Shown here piece by piece: positions 7,746-17,955 of a stretch of 64,000 bases of DNA (positions are counted from its first letter, which is position 1; every line of letters begins with the position of its first letter). The stretch is from Polyangiaceae bacterium. Lineage in GTDB: Bacteria > Myxococcota_A > Polyangia > Polyangiales > Polyangiaceae. The notes under the pieces were generated by a model. It was not told the DNA's origin and did no database searches. It saw nothing but the letters and a program-made list of their open reading frames with translations. The position numbers were made by a program, and so were the translations under genes. The stretch is taken from assembly GCA_035063585.1 (NCBI GenBank), contig JAPSGB010000007.1:32001-96000 (forward strand). Direction: 5' to 3'.

Positions 7746-10415
7746 CTAGCTGACGCTCGAGTAAATGGCCTCGATCGCCTCGGCGAGGCGCCCGGGGTTG
7801 GTGCCGCCGGCCTGCGCCATGTCCGGCCGCCCGCCACCCGATCCGCCGACCAGCTCGGCGATGGGTCGGATGAGGGTGCCGGCCGGGAAGCGGCCGCCGA
7901 GCGACTTGCTGACCGTGAGCACGAGCTGCGCCTTGCCTTCCGCCTCCGAACCCACGAGGACGACGCTCTCACCGAGCTTGTCGCGAAGCTGCTCGGCCAG
8001 CTCGCGGAGCGCGCCGCGATCGGCCACCTCGGCGTGTACGCCGAGCACCTTCACGCCTGCGATGTCTCGCGCACGGGAGAGGAGCACCTCGAGCCCTCCT
8101 CCACCGCCGCCGGTCGCCAGGCGCCTCTGCAGCTCCTCCACTTGCTTCTCGAGGGCGCGCTCGTGAAGCGCGAGCTTCTCGATCTTCTCGACGAGGTTCG
8201 AAGGAGTTGCCTTGGCCGCCTCGGCGGCGCGAGACAGCCCGTGCTCGAGCTCGCGAAGGTAGGCGAGTGAGCCCTCGCCGGTGGTGGCCACGATGCGCCT
8301 CACGCCAGCCGCGACGCCCTGCTCGGCCGTGATCTTGAAGAGCCCGATGTCGCCGGTGGCGCGCGCGTGGGTGCCGCCGCAGAGCTCCATCGATTCCCCC
8401 ATGGTGAGCATCCGCACCACCTCGCCGTATTTCTCCTCGAAGATCATCATGGCGCCCCGACGGCGCGCCTCGTCCATGTCCAGGATCTCGGTCTGCACGC
8501 GGTGGTTGTCGAGGACCGCGCGGTTCACACGATCCTCGATCTCGGTGAGCTCGCCGGCGGCGAGCGGCTTGCCGTGCGTGAAATCGAAGCGCAGCCGCTC
8601 GGGGCCGACCAGCGAGCCCTTCTGCTGCGCGTGCTCGCCGAGCACCCCGCGGAGCGCGTGGTGCAAGAGGTGCGTCGCGCTGTGGTTCCGGCGGATGGCG
8701 TCACGACGCGCGACGTCGATCTCGAGCGCGGCGCTCTCCCCGACGCTGATGGCGCCGTCCGCGACGGTTCCGCGATGCACCGACAACCCCTGAATGGGCT
8801 TGCGCGTGTCGGTGACGTCGATCTTCGCGGCCGCAGTTCGGATGACGCCGGTGTCACCGACCTGGCCGCCGGCCTCACCGTAGAACGGGGTGCGCGTGGT
8901 GACGACCTCGACCTCGTCGCCCGCCTCGGCGCGCTCGACCAACCGCCCGCCCTGGATGAGCGCGACGACGTCGGCGCGCTCCTGCTCCTTGTCGTAGCCC
9001 GTGAAGACGACCGCTCCGCCGGGAACGCGCGCGAGCGCCTCGCGGTAGACCCCCTCGACCGCCTGCTCGGCGCCCTTGAACTCGGACCGCCGCCTCGCCT
9101 CGCCGAGCGCGGCCTCGTAGCCCGCGTGGTCGACCTGGTAGCTCCGCTCCGCGCAGATGACCTCGGTGAGATCGAGCGGGAAGCCGTAGGTGTCGTAGAG
9201 CGTGAACGCCTCGGCACCACCGAGCGTCTTCGAGCCCGTCGCGTCGAGCCGCGCGAACTCCGCGTCGAGGAGCCCGAGCCCGCGCTCGATGGTACGACGA
9301 AATCGCTCCTCCTCTTGCAGGGAGACGCTCAGGATGAGGTCGCGGCGCTCGCGAAGCTCCGGGTAGTGGTCACCCATGAGCTCGATCACGCGATCGGCGA
9401 CCAGGTGGAGGAACGGTTCGGTGATCCCGAGCCGATGGCCGTGGCGGATCGCGCGGCGCATCACCCGCCGGAGCACGTACGGGCGCTCGACGCGATCGGG
9501 GAGCACTCCCTCCGCGATGAGGAAGGCCGTGGTGCGCGCGTGATCCGCGATGACGCGCATGCTGACGTCGTCCGGGGCCATGCTCTTCGTGTACGGCTTC
9601 CGGGCGAGCTCGGCGGCGCGGTCCACCAGCGCGCGGAGCAAGTCGATTTCGTAGTTGCTGGTCTGGCCCTGGAGCACGCTGGCGAGCCGCTCGAGGCCCG
9701 CGCCGGTGTCGATGCTGGGCGCGGGGAGCGGTGTGAGTTCGAACTGGTCGCCCACCCGGCTCCGCTCGAACTGCATGAAGACGAGGTTCCAGATCTCCAT
9801 CCAACCGAACCCCTCGCTCGTCTGCTCGGCGCCGAAGGTGGACGGATCGAAGCCCGGACCGTTGAAAATGTGGAGCTCGCTCGACGGACCGCAGGGACCG
9901 GTGTCGCCCATCTGCCAGAAGTTGTCGGCCATCCCGAGGCCGATCACCCGGTCGTCGCCGAAACCGGTGACCTTCTTCCAGAGCTCCCGCGCCGCCTCAT
10001 CGGCGGGGAGCCCGTCCTCACCGCGGAAGTAGGTGCACACCACGCGATCCTTCGGGATGTCGAGCTCGCCGAGCAGCTCCCAAGCGTAGACGATGGCCTC
10101 CTCCTTGAAGTAGTCCCCGAAGGAGAAGTTCCCGAGCATCTCGAAGAAGGTGTGGTGGCGCGGCGAGGGGCCCACCGCCTCCAAATCGTTGTGCTTCCCG
10201 CTGATACGGATGCATTTCTGGCTGCTCGTCGCGCGCTTGTAGGAGCGCGCTTCGCGACCAGTGAAGAGATCCTTGAACTGCACCATCCCGGCGTTGGCGA
10301 AGAGCAAGGTCGGATCGTTCGGCGGGACGAGCGGCCCGCTCCGAACCACCTCGTGGCCGCGCGCGGCGAAGAAATCGAGGAACGCGCTACGAACCTGGTC
10401 GATGCTGCGAGCCAT
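7746..10415 (-). CDS. alaS: Alanine--tRNA ligase
   Basis: NAGMVQFK, HHTFFEMLGNFSFGDYFK, DTGAGLER, editing HSATH and ELCGGTH motifs, C-terminal GGGRPDMAQAGG. Confidence 0.99.
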   Translation of the reverse strand: MARSIDQVRSAFLDFFAARGHEVVRSGPLVPPNDPTLLFANAGMVQFKDLFTGREARSYKRATSSQKCIRISGKHNDLEAVGPSPRHHTFFEMLGNFSFGDYFKEEAIVYAWELLGELDIPKDRVVCTYFRGEDGLPADEAARELWKKVTGFGDDRVIGLGMADNFWQMGDTGPCGPSSELHIFNGPGFDPSTFGAEQTSEGFGWMEIWNLVFMQFERSRVGDQFELTPLPAPSIDTGAGLERLASVLQGQTSNYEIDLLRALVDRAAELARKPYTKSMAPDDVSMRVIADHARTTAFLIAEGVLPDRVERPYVLRRVMRRAIRHGHRLGITEPFLHLVADRVIELMGDHYPELRERRDLILSVSLQEEERFRRTIERGLGLLDAEFARLDATGSKTLGGAEAFTLYDTYGFPLDLTEVICAERSYQVDHAGYEAALGEARRRSEFKGAEQAVEGVYREALARVPGGAVVFTGYDKEQERADVVALIQGGRLVERAEAGDEVEVVTTRTPFYGEAGGQVGDTGVIRTAAAKIDVTDTRKPIQGLSVHRGTVADGAISVGESAALEIDVARRDAIRRNHSATHLLHHALRGVLGEHAQQKGSLVGPERLRFDFTHGKPLAAGELTEIEDRVNRAVLDNHRVQTEILDMDEARRRGAMMIFEEKYGEVVRMLTMGESMELCGGTHARATGDIGLFKITAEQGVAAGVRRIVATTGEGSLAYLRELEHGLSRAAEAAKATPSNLVEKIEKLALHERALEKQVEELQRRLATGGGGGGLEVLLSRARDIAGVKVLGVHAEVADRGALRELAEQLRDKLGESVVLVGSEAEGKAQLVLTVSKSLGGRFPAGTLIRPIAELVGGSGGGRPDMAQAGGTNPGRLAEAIEAIYSSVS

Positions 10416-10523
10416 GGGGCGGCTTTCCTAGCACAACGCGACGCGGCAAAGGAGCCCGGGAAGCGCGCGAGCGCGGGGCCGAGCCCCCTTGATCGCGCGG
10501 GCAGTCGTCGCTACGTCCCGGGC

Positions 10524-11294
10524 GTGAGCGCGCGCGGAGCTTGGTGGGGGGAGTTCGCGGTGGCTCGCGGGATGACCGCGAGCTTCCAGGTCGGGCCGCT
10601 CCGCCTCACGGTGGAGCACCACGGCGGGGAGTGGCGGCTCATCCGCACCTTCGACGGCGACGACACCGTGGTGCGGGTCGAGGTGCCCGCGCCCGAGCGC
10701 GCTCTCGAGGCGGGCGCGGTCATCTCTCGCCACGGCACCAGCCACTCCGACGACCGGCTGTCGCTCACCCCGGTGCTTCCGGACCGGCCGGTGGTCACCC
10801 GGCCCGAGCACCCGGTGAGCGTCCCCCCGCGAGACGCGGCCACCATCTACGTGGGCTCTCCGCTCTGGGTCCGCGTCGCGCACCGCTCGCCGCCGATCAC
10901 CCTCGAGGACCTGCCCTGCATGGCTCCCCTCACGACCTGGTGGGGGCCGGACACGACGACCGGCGAGCTCTGCTACGCGACGCGGACCTTCGGGCGCCTC
11001 GACGAGCGACAGATCGTGTTTCATCCGCATCGAGTGATAACGGCGGTCCGCATCGAGAACCGCGCCGACGCGCCGCTCCTCTTCGAGCGGCTGTACCTGC
11101 CGGTCGGGCAGCTCTCCGTCCTCGCGGACGAGGAGCATCGCCTGTGGACGGAGGACGTGACGCTCGAGCACGTGGCCGGCGAGGAGGCCGAGCTCACGCT
11201 CGGGGACGCGCGCGATGGGTTCCAGCGCCTCACCGGTCCTCGAAACGCCGCGCCCCACCGGCTCTTCCGAGCCTTCGGCTCGCTGTTCCGCTAG
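10524..11294 (+). CDS. DUF432-like protein
   Basis: The real gene is the 3' part of the 975-aa track ORF, from GTG 10524; motifs LTPVLPDRPVVTRPE and TWWGPDTTTGELCYA; directly upstream of mscS. Confidence 0.65.
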   Translation: MSARGAWWGEFAVARGMTASFQVGPLRLTVEHHGGEWRLIRTFDGDDTVVRVEVPAPERALEAGAVISRHGTSHSDDRLSLTPVLPDRPVVTRPEHPVSVPPRDAATIYVGSPLWVRVAHRSPPITLEDLPCMAPLTTWWGPDTTTGELCYATRTFGRLDERQIVFHPHRVITAVRIENRADAPLLFERLYLPVGQLSVLADEEHRLWTEDVTLEHVAGEEAELTLGDARDGFQRLTGPRNAAPHRLFRAFGSLFR

Positions 11295-11300
11295 ACGCAC

Positions 11301-12116
11301 ATGGAAAGCTCGCTCACGGCTCACCTCGACGACCTGCTCCCGAGCGGCAGCGTGATGCCGCTCGTGCACGCGCTCGTGATCTTGGCGCTCGGGCTCCTCT
11401 TGGCACGCGCTGCGCGCCGCGCGATCGGGCGGGTGTTCGGGCGCCACGGTCCGCGCAGCGGAGCGAACATCCTGCGCCTAGTGAGCTGGCTCATCACCGG
11501 AACCGCCAGCGTGTGGGCTCTGGAGGAGCTCGGCTTCAACGTGGGTGTCCTGCTCGGCGCGGCCGGCGTGGTCACGGTCGCGGTTGGCTTTGCCGCGCAG
11601 TCCACCCTGTCGAACCTCCTGAGCGGACTCTTCCTGCTGGCCGAACGCCCCTTTTCCATCGGCGACGTGATCGAGGTCGAGAAGGAGACCGGCGAGGTGC
11701 TCGCCATCGATCTCCTCTCCACCAAGCTCCGCACCTTCGACAACCGATATGTCCGAATCCCGAACGAGGTGACCTTCAAGACCAAGGTCATCAACACCAC
11801 CCGGTTCCCAATCCGTCGCGTCGACATCTTCTTGCCGGTCGCGTACGAGACCGATCTCGCGAGACTGAGGCCGATCATCCTCGAGGTGGCGGCGCTGAAC
11901 CCGCGCTGCCTGGCCGAGCCGAGCCCGCTGCTCTTCGTCTCACGCTTCGAAGACTCCCGCGTCCTGATGCAGTTCTCGGTGTGGTGCGCTACCCCGGACT
12001 ACTTGAGCCTCCTCACCACCATCCAAGAAGAGGTGACCGCGGCGCTCACCGCCGCGGGCGTGCAACCCGCCCTGCCGCGTCGCGTGCTCGTCGACCAGCG
12101 ATCCAAGCATGACTGA
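11301..12116 (+). CDS. Small-conductance mechanosensitive channel (MscS family)
   Basis: Three TM helices; VGFAAQSTLSNLLSG, RPFSIGDVI, GEVLAIDLLSTKLRTFDN..IPN. Confidence 0.93.
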   Translation: MESSLTAHLDDLLPSGSVMPLVHALVILALGLLLARAARRAIGRVFGRHGPRSGANILRLVSWLITGTASVWALEELGFNVGVLLGAAGVVTVAVGFAAQSTLSNLLSGLFLLAERPFSIGDVIEVEKETGEVLAIDLLSTKLRTFDNRYVRIPNEVTFKTKVINTTRFPIRRVDIFLPVAYETDLARLRPIILEVAALNPRCLAEPSPLLFVSRFEDSRVLMQFSVWCATPDYLSLLTTIQEEVTAALTAAGVQPALPRRVLVDQRSKHD

Positions 12117-14487
12117 CCGAGCGCGAGAGCTCGCCGAAGACCAGGGGCTCGGGCCGGTGGAGGCGATGATCGGGCTCGACGCGACCCGCGAGTCCCCGGG
12201 CGGAAAGCGGGCGAGCTCCGTCCTGTGTCTCTGCGAACGCGGGCTCTTGGTCGTGACCACGAAGCGGGGTGTCCGAGAGGAGCTCCTCGACGTCCTCGAT
12301 GGACGGCCCCTGAGCTACACGCGTGGGCGGCTCCGAGATCAGCTGACGATCGGCGGTGCGCGCTTTGGCGTGCCGCGGCGCGCACGCGCGGCTGCCGAGC
12401 GCGCGCTCGCGCTCGCCCGACTCCGCCGCGGGGGGCAGCCGGAGCGCGCCGCTTCGCTCGCGGGCTGGCGCTACGTGGACGAGCTCGGAATCGTCGCGGA
12501 GACGTGGCTCGTGAGCACGCTCGAGACGGACGAGGTCGTGCTCGCGTGGCTCTCCACCGGGACCACGCGCCTCGTACCGTCGTCGCTCGGGGACGCGTCT
12601 TCGGGGGCGCTGCTGGTCCTGCTCACCGACCGGCGCGCGCTCACCGTCGCGCTCTCGCCCGTGGGCGACGCGCGCGTGGAGTCGCTGCCCGAGGTGCCGC
12701 TCCGCGTCGATGAGCGGAGCGTCCGCGCCGGGAACGCATGCTTCACCGCCGATCGCTCGACCGCGGCGCGCCTCGGCGAGCTCGCCCCGCTCTTCGCGCT
12801 CACGCCGTGCGATCGACTCCGCGAGCTGGCTCGCCTCGAGTACGAGCACCGACGAAAGCGGGCGGCGCTCGAGGCCGCACGACGCCTGCTCGCCCTTGCC
12901 GCGAAGCGCGGCGACCTGCGCTCCGAGGTCGCCGCGTATCTGCTCGCCGTCGAGCGCAGCGAGCCGCCGGCCGAGCTGCCACACTCACTCGCGGGGCTCG
13001 AGGCGAACGCGCTCGCGACGCTCTTCGAGCACTGGCGGGTATCCGCGCGCGCCGGGCGTGTGCTCGAGTCTGCTCTCGAGGACCGTGGAGACGCCGGAGA
13101 GCCCTGGGCGCTCGAGCTGCACGTCGCGGTGCACGCGGCCGCGCGCCGCGAGGGCGGAGATCCGCTCGAGCTCGCGCGCGGGGATCTCGCCCTCGCAAAG
13201 CACCTGCTCGACCGCGGGGCTCCGAGCCGCGCGCGCCCCATCCTCGAGCGGTGCCTCACCGAGCTGCCGAGCGAGGCGTTGGACGACCTCCTCCCGCCCC
13301 GCGACGCCGATCTCACCGAGGGAGCCGGCGGTCAGGCGCTGCGGATCCGGCTCTACGAGCTGCTCGCGCGAGCGCGTCCGGGCGACGGCGGGCGCCCCGA
13401 CCCGATGGCGGCGGCGGAGCTCGCGCGCCTGCAGCCGCTGGTCGTCTCGCGGACCCGCGTGCTCATCGGGGTCGCCGAGCCCGGGCTCCGTGCGCGAGCG
13501 GTCGAGGTGGCGCGGGTGCTCGAGGTGGGAGGGCTAGGCCCCTGCCCGGGCGGCGCGCCGCAGACGGACGTGCGCCCGCTCCCGGAGGCCATGATATCGG
13601 GCCTGCTCGAGCATCCGCTGGTGCGCGAAGGGGGAGCGCTGCTCGGCCGGTTGCAGGCGCTCCTCGCCGAGGTCCCGAGACCGGACACCAGCGCGATCCG
13701 TGACTACTGCGAGCAGCTCTCGGTGGAGCGCCACGGTGACTTCGCGCGGGTCCTCGCGGACGCCGCGCTCATGCTCGGCGTCCCGCGCCTCGAAGCATAC
13801 GTGTCACGAGGGGACAAGAGCGTCGGGCTCCGCGCCTACGATGGCGATCCGCCTTTCGTGCTGGTCGGCGGCCGTCACCTCGAGCCGGGCGAGCTCGCCA
13901 TGACGCCGCGCGAGCTCGCCTTCGCCATCGGCGCCGAGGCCGCGCACCTCCGCTTCGGGCACAGCCGCGCCACCTCGAGCGAGGTGTGGGCCGGCGCGGT
14001 CGAGAAGGCGCGCCAAGGCCTCGACGTCGCGCTCGGGATCATGCCCGCATGGAAGGGCGTCAAGCTCGCGCAGCGGGCGCGGGGCGTCATGACCGCGCTG
14101 CGCGGCGCGCCCGCCGGTCGCTCGCTCGCCGGCGCGCTCGCGCCGAAGCTCGCGCCGCGCGCGGCGACTCTACGCCAGGAGCTGCTCGGTCCCATCAACG
14201 AGGAGCTGGTCGCGGCCCATCGAGTGATGCAGCTCACCGCCGATCGCGCCGGTCTGGTCCTGTGCGGGGAGCTGGGCGCCGCGGTACGCGCCATGCTGCT
14301 CGTGCGCCGCGACCATCACGCGGAGCTCGTCCGCGCGGAGCGGGTCGGGATCGCGCCGGTCTTGGCGCGGCGCTCACCAGGCGGAGCGATCGCGCTCCAA
14401 GACCTCGCGATCCGGGTCGCCGCCCTGGTCGCCTTCTACTTGTCGGACGATTTCGCGCGCCTGTACGGCAGCGCCCATGGAGCCTGA
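12109..14487 (+). CDS. Large protein with helical repeats and a C-terminal inactive-looking M48 peptidase-like domain
   Basis: Overlaps the mscS stop; ELAFAIGAEAAHLRFGH and QLTADRAGLVLCG resemble M48 motifs HExxH and ExxADR with the Zn ligands altered. Confidence 0.6.
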   Translation: MTDRARELAEDQGLGPVEAMIGLDATRESPGGKRASSVLCLCERGLLVVTTKRGVREELLDVLDGRPLSYTRGRLRDQLTIGGARFGVPRRARAAAERALALARLRRGGQPERAASLAGWRYVDELGIVAETWLVSTLETDEVVLAWLSTGTTRLVPSSLGDASSGALLVLLTDRRALTVALSPVGDARVESLPEVPLRVDERSVRAGNACFTADRSTAARLGELAPLFALTPCDRLRELARLEYEHRRKRAALEAARRLLALAAKRGDLRSEVAAYLLAVERSEPPAELPHSLAGLEANALATLFEHWRVSARAGRVLESALEDRGDAGEPWALELHVAVHAAARREGGDPLELARGDLALAKHLLDRGAPSRARPILERCLTELPSEALDDLLPPRDADLTEGAGGQALRIRLYELLARARPGDGGRPDPMAAAELARLQPLVVSRTRVLIGVAEPGLRARAVEVARVLEVGGLGPCPGGAPQTDVRPLPEAMISGLLEHPLVREGGALLGRLQALLAEVPRPDTSAIRDYCEQLSVERHGDFARVLADAALMLGVPRLEAYVSRGDKSVGLRAYDGDPPFVLVGGRHLEPGELAMTPRELAFAIGAEAAHLRFGHSRATSSEVWAGAVEKARQGLDVALGIMPAWKGVKLAQRARGVMTALRGAPAGRSLAGALAPKLAPRAATLRQELLGPINEELVAAHRVMQLTADRAGLVLCGELGAAVRAMLLVRRDHHAELVRAERVGIAPVLARRSPGGAIALQDLAIRVAALVAFYLSDDFARLYGSAHGA

Positions 14488-14508
14488 GCGGGCGCCCCGA
14501 AGCTGCGC

Positions 14509-16554
14509 TCAGAAGGTCGGCTCGGGGCGCTTCTTCACCGCGGCGACTGCGTCGGCGAGCGCGCCGTCGCCGCGCATGCACGGGAAGCAGTCCTCCTTCT
14601 TGCTCGCTCCGCAGCCCGTCTTCGCCATCATGGGCTGGAGGACCCGGAGCGAGCGGGTGTCACCGCTCAGCGTCACGCGTGGCAGGAGCCGCTTGAAGTC
14701 TTCGCACGACTCGGCCTGGCGCAAATCGAGCGCGATCGCCAGGGCGGGAGTGATCTTGGCGCGCTCGTCCGCGCTCGTCACGAGCTGCTTGGCGAGCTGA
14801 GTGATGGTGGTCTTGGCCTTGGTCGCGACCCACACGTCATAGAGGATGTCCGCGCCGGAGCTGCCGAGGCGGCGCGACGCCACCCTGAGCGCCTCCTCCG
14901 CCGACTCGTCGCTCGTGGCCGCGCGTCGCACGTGACGGAGCAGGGTCATGTCATTGGCGAGGGAAGGGTCCAAATCGAGCGCTCGCACGTACGCTTCGAG
15001 CGCGAGCTTCGGGTGACCGAGCTCCATGCGCCCGCGCGCGAGCGCGACCCATACCGCCACGCTCCGCGACGCGGCCGGGCGCGCCTCGAGCTCGGCGACG
15101 GCGTCCGTGTCGCCGGTCGACGCGCGGGCGATGACCGGCGCAAGCTCCGCCGGATCGGCGAGCGACGCGGCGCTCGGCTGAGTGGCGGGCGCGGCCGGCG
15201 CGGCCGCCTCTCGAACCGGCGCTCGCGGGCCGACGCCATACGCCCAGAGCACGACGCCGCCCACGCCGAGCGCCGCGAGGATGAGCGCCGCGCGCAGCCC
15301 ACCGCGCGCCGGCGGTCGAGCGGCGGGCGCGGCGCTCGCGCCTGCCGCGTCGAGCACACCCGGGCGGGTGGTGTCAGGGCTCGAGCGCAGCGCGTCGGAC
15401 ACGATGCTGATCGACGAGAACATCTCCCGAGGCGATAGCCGCTGCAGCACATCCTCGAGCAGACCCCGCACCTCGGCGGCGGTCTGGAGGCGATCCTTCG
15501 GATCCTTCTCGAGGAGCTTCATCACGATCCCGGCGAGCCCTGGATCGACCGTATCGGGCAGGGGCGGCGGCGGCTCGTTCATCTGCAGGGTCAGCACCTT
15601 TCCGACGTCCTCGTCCTGAAAGGGAGGCTGCCCGACGAGCATCTCGTAGAGCATCAAGCCCACCGTGTAGAGGTCGCATCGGTGGTCGACCTCCTCGCCG
15701 GCCGCCTGCTCCGGCGCCATGTACTGCGGCGTGCCGAACACCATGCCGCGCCGGGTGAGGAGCGCGCTCCCCTCGGGCTGCTCGTCCATCGTGACCTTCG
15801 CGATCCCGAAGTCGAGCACCTTCACGAAGTCGCCCTCGCCGGGGCGCTCGACGAGCATGATGTTCTCGGGCTTGAGATCACGATGCACGATCCCGGCCTG
15901 ATGCGCGGCCGACAGCGCGTCGGCGATCTGCGCGGCGATCCGCGCCGCACGCGCCTGAGGGACCGCGCCGTTGTCGAGCAGGTCCGCGACGCTCTGCCCC
16001 TGGACGAACTCGAGCACCAGGTAGAAGGAAGCGTCGTCGAGTCGCCCGAAGTCGATGGCGGAGGCGACGTGAGGGTGCTCGATACGCCCCGCCGCGATCG
16101 CCTCGCGCTCGAATCGCGCGGCGATCTCGGGCAACCAACCGAGCTCGCGGTGGAGCACCTTGATCGCGACCGGCCGGTGCATGAGCACGTGCTCACCGCG
16201 GTACACGACGCCCATTCCGCCGCGACCGACTACGCCGGTGACTCGGTAGCGGTCGGCGATGACGGTCCCGAGCAGCGAGGGCTCTCGAGAGGGCCGAGAG
16301 GATGGGCGGTCCGGCGCGGAATCGCCGGGGTCGCCCTCCACCAGCGCGGGCTCGGTGGGCGCGCGCTCCACGTCACCGTCACGGCCGGCGCTCACGGGTG
16401 GCGCCCTGTTGGCGCTGGCCACACGCCGGCGCGGCGCGGCCGACCTGAAAACATGACCACGAGGGAAGCTTAGAGCGACTCGCGCGCGGATGGAACCGCC
16501 GCGAGCGGCGCGCGTCTCGTGACCGCTCCCCGGCGCGACTCGGGCGGCGGACAC
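14509..16554 (-). CDS. Membrane Ser/Thr protein kinase with a periplasmic TPR-like, Cys-containing C-terminus (true start may be about 16400-16456)
   Basis: [35 protein letters not shown] segment [17 protein letters not shown]-terminal [14 protein letters not shown]. Confidence 0.92.
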   Translation of the reverse strand: MSAARVAPGSGHETRAARGGSIRARVALSFPRGHVFRSAAPRRRVASANRAPPVSAGRDGDVERAPTEPALVEGDPGDSAPDRPSSRPSREPSLLGTVIADRYRVTGVVGRGGMGVVYRGEHVLMHRPVAIKVLHRELGWLPEIAARFEREAIAAGRIEHPHVASAIDFGRLDDASFYLVLEFVQGQSVADLLDNGAVPQARAARIAAQIADALSAAHQAGIVHRDLKPENIMLVERPGEGDFVKVLDFGIAKVTMDEQPEGSALLTRRGMVFGTPQYMAPEQAAGEEVDHRCDLYTVGLMLYEMLVGQPPFQDEDVGKVLTLQMNEPPPPLPDTVDPGLAGIVMKLLEKDPKDRLQTAAEVRGLLEDVLQRLSPREMFSSISIVSDALRSSPDTTRPGVLDAAGASAAPAARPPARGGLRAALILAALGVGGVVLWAYGVGPRAPVREAAAPAAPATQPSAASLADPAELAPVIARASTGDTDAVAELEARPAASRSVAVWVALARGRMELGHPKLALEAYVRALDLDPSLANDMTLLRHVRRAATSDESAEEALRVASRRLGSSGADILYDVWVATKAKTTITQLAKQLVTSADERAKITPALAIALDLRQAESCEDFKRLLPRVTLSGDTRSLRVLQPMMAKTGCGASKKEDCFPCMRGDGALADAVAAVKKRPEPTF

Positions 16555-16569
16555 CTCCTCGGTTCGAGC

Positions 16570-17322
16570 CTACCGGCGGCCTCCGTGACGCCCCGCACCG
16601 CTCGTGAAGCGCGCCGCGCCCTCGAGCGCGGCGGCGAGCACCTGCGCGCCGCGCTCACCCTCGAGCCGGAGGCCGTCTGCGACCGGTTGCCCGAGCCCGT
16701 CGAAGAGCGAGGCGCGATCCGCGAGGACGCACGCCCAGGGATGCTCGGCGATCTCAGCCGCGAGGCCGAGCGCTGCCTCGAGCGCCTCGCCGTCTTCCAC
16801 CACGCGATCCACGAGCCCGATCCGCTCGGCCTCGCGCGCGTCGATCGCGCGTCCCGTCAACACCAGGTCGAGCGCGCGGCCAAGCCCAACGACCCGGGGC
16901 AGCCGCTGCGTCCCGCCGTCGATGAGCGGAACCCCCCAGCGACGCTCGAGGCATCCGAAGCGCGCGCTCGCGCCGGCGACGCGCAGATCGCAGAAGAGCG
17001 CGAGCTCGAGCCCTCCAGCCACGCACCAACCCTCCACGGCGGCGATGGCGGGCTTCGATGGAGTCAGTCGCGTGAAGCCCATCGGACCTTCGGGCGCGAA
17101 GACGTCGTTGTCCATCGCCTGCAGGTCCGCGCCTGCCGAGAAGGTCCCGCCGCGCCCCGTCAGCACCAGCACGCGCGCCTCCGGGTCCGCCTCGAAGCGA
17201 CGATAGGCGTCGAGCAGCGCCGCCGCGGTCGCCCGATCCACCGCGTTCCTCCGCTCGCTCCGATCGATGGCGAGCACCCGGACGGCGCCTCGAACCTGGT
17301 AATCGACCAGCGACCGCGTCAT
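16570..17322 (-). CDS. Enoyl-CoA hydratase/crotonase family protein
   Basis: RRNAVD, FSAGADL, AGGLELAL.CDLR, GVPLIDGGTQRLPR. Confidence 0.93.
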   Translation of the reverse strand: MTRSLVDYQVRGAVRVLAIDRSERRNAVDRATAAALLDAYRRFEADPEARVLVLTGRGGTFSAGADLQAMDNDVFAPEGPMGFTRLTPSKPAIAAVEGWCVAGGLELALFCDLRVAGASARFGCLERRWGVPLIDGGTQRLPRVVGLGRALDLVLTGRAIDAREAERIGLVDRVVEDGEALEAALGLAAEIAEHPWACVLADRASLFDGLGQPVADGLRLEGERGAQVLAAALEGAARFTSGAGRHGGRR

Positions 17323-17921
17323 CGCGCGTCGATCCCGAGGTTGGCGAGCCGATCCGCCTCGGCGTTGTCCGCGCGCGGGACGTGCACCAGGCGCACTGAA
17401 TCGAAGCTGGCGAGCAGTCGTTGCGCCTCGTCATAGAGCGGCCTCAGCCCGGCGTTCTTCACACGGTACTCGCCCTTGAGCTGGCGGATCATGAGCTCCG
17501 AGTCCGCCCGCACCTCGAGCTCACGGACCCCAAGCGCCTCGGCCCGCCCGAGTCCCGCGAGGAGCGCCCGGTACTCGGCGACGTTGTTGGTGGTCGTACC
17601 GAGGTACTCGCTGTGCTCGGCGAGCCGCCTCCCCTGCCGATCCTCCAGCACCGCACCGATCCCGGCGGGACCCGGGTTACCTCGGGCAGCGCCATCGCTC
17701 CACAAGATCGCCGCGACCACGTCGCCGCGCGCCGCAGGCCGCGCGCGCTGCGAGCGAGGCGCGCGGCTCGACGCAGCGCGGCCCTCGTCGGTCGAGTCCT
17801 CTCCGTTCCTCTCCGCGAATAGGCGCGCCGTCTCCTCGAGCACCGCACGCTCCTCGTCGTCGAGGTCGGCTCGCGCCAGGAGCCGCTCGATCACCTTCAC
17901 GTAACCCACCGAGGTCTTCAT
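17319..17921 (-). CDS. Ribonuclease HI family protein with an N-terminal extension
   Basis: SDGAARGNPGPAG, TNNVAEY, ADSEL, HVPR..N.EADRLAN; catalytic acidic residues intact. Confidence 0.92.
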   Translation of the reverse strand: MKTSVGYVKVIERLLARADLDDEERAVLEETARLFAERNGEDSTDEGRAASSRAPRSQRARPAARGDVVAAILWSDGAARGNPGPAGIGAVLEDRQGRRLAEHSEYLGTTTNNVAEYRALLAGLGRAEALGVRELEVRADSELMIRQLKGEYRVKNAGLRPLYDEAQRLLASFDSVRLVHVPRADNAEADRLANLGIDAR

Positions 17922-17955
17922 CCGGCCCGAGTTCCCTCCCCGGAAGGGGCCGCTG

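Noticed and set aside
8367..10523. 5' portion of the 975-aa plus-strand ORF
   Set aside because: Antisense shadow of alaS; only the part from GTG 10524 looks like a real gene.
17319..17921. RNase H as part of a retroelement or retron
   Set aside because: No reverse transcriptase or integrase nearby; it resembles a housekeeping RNase HI.
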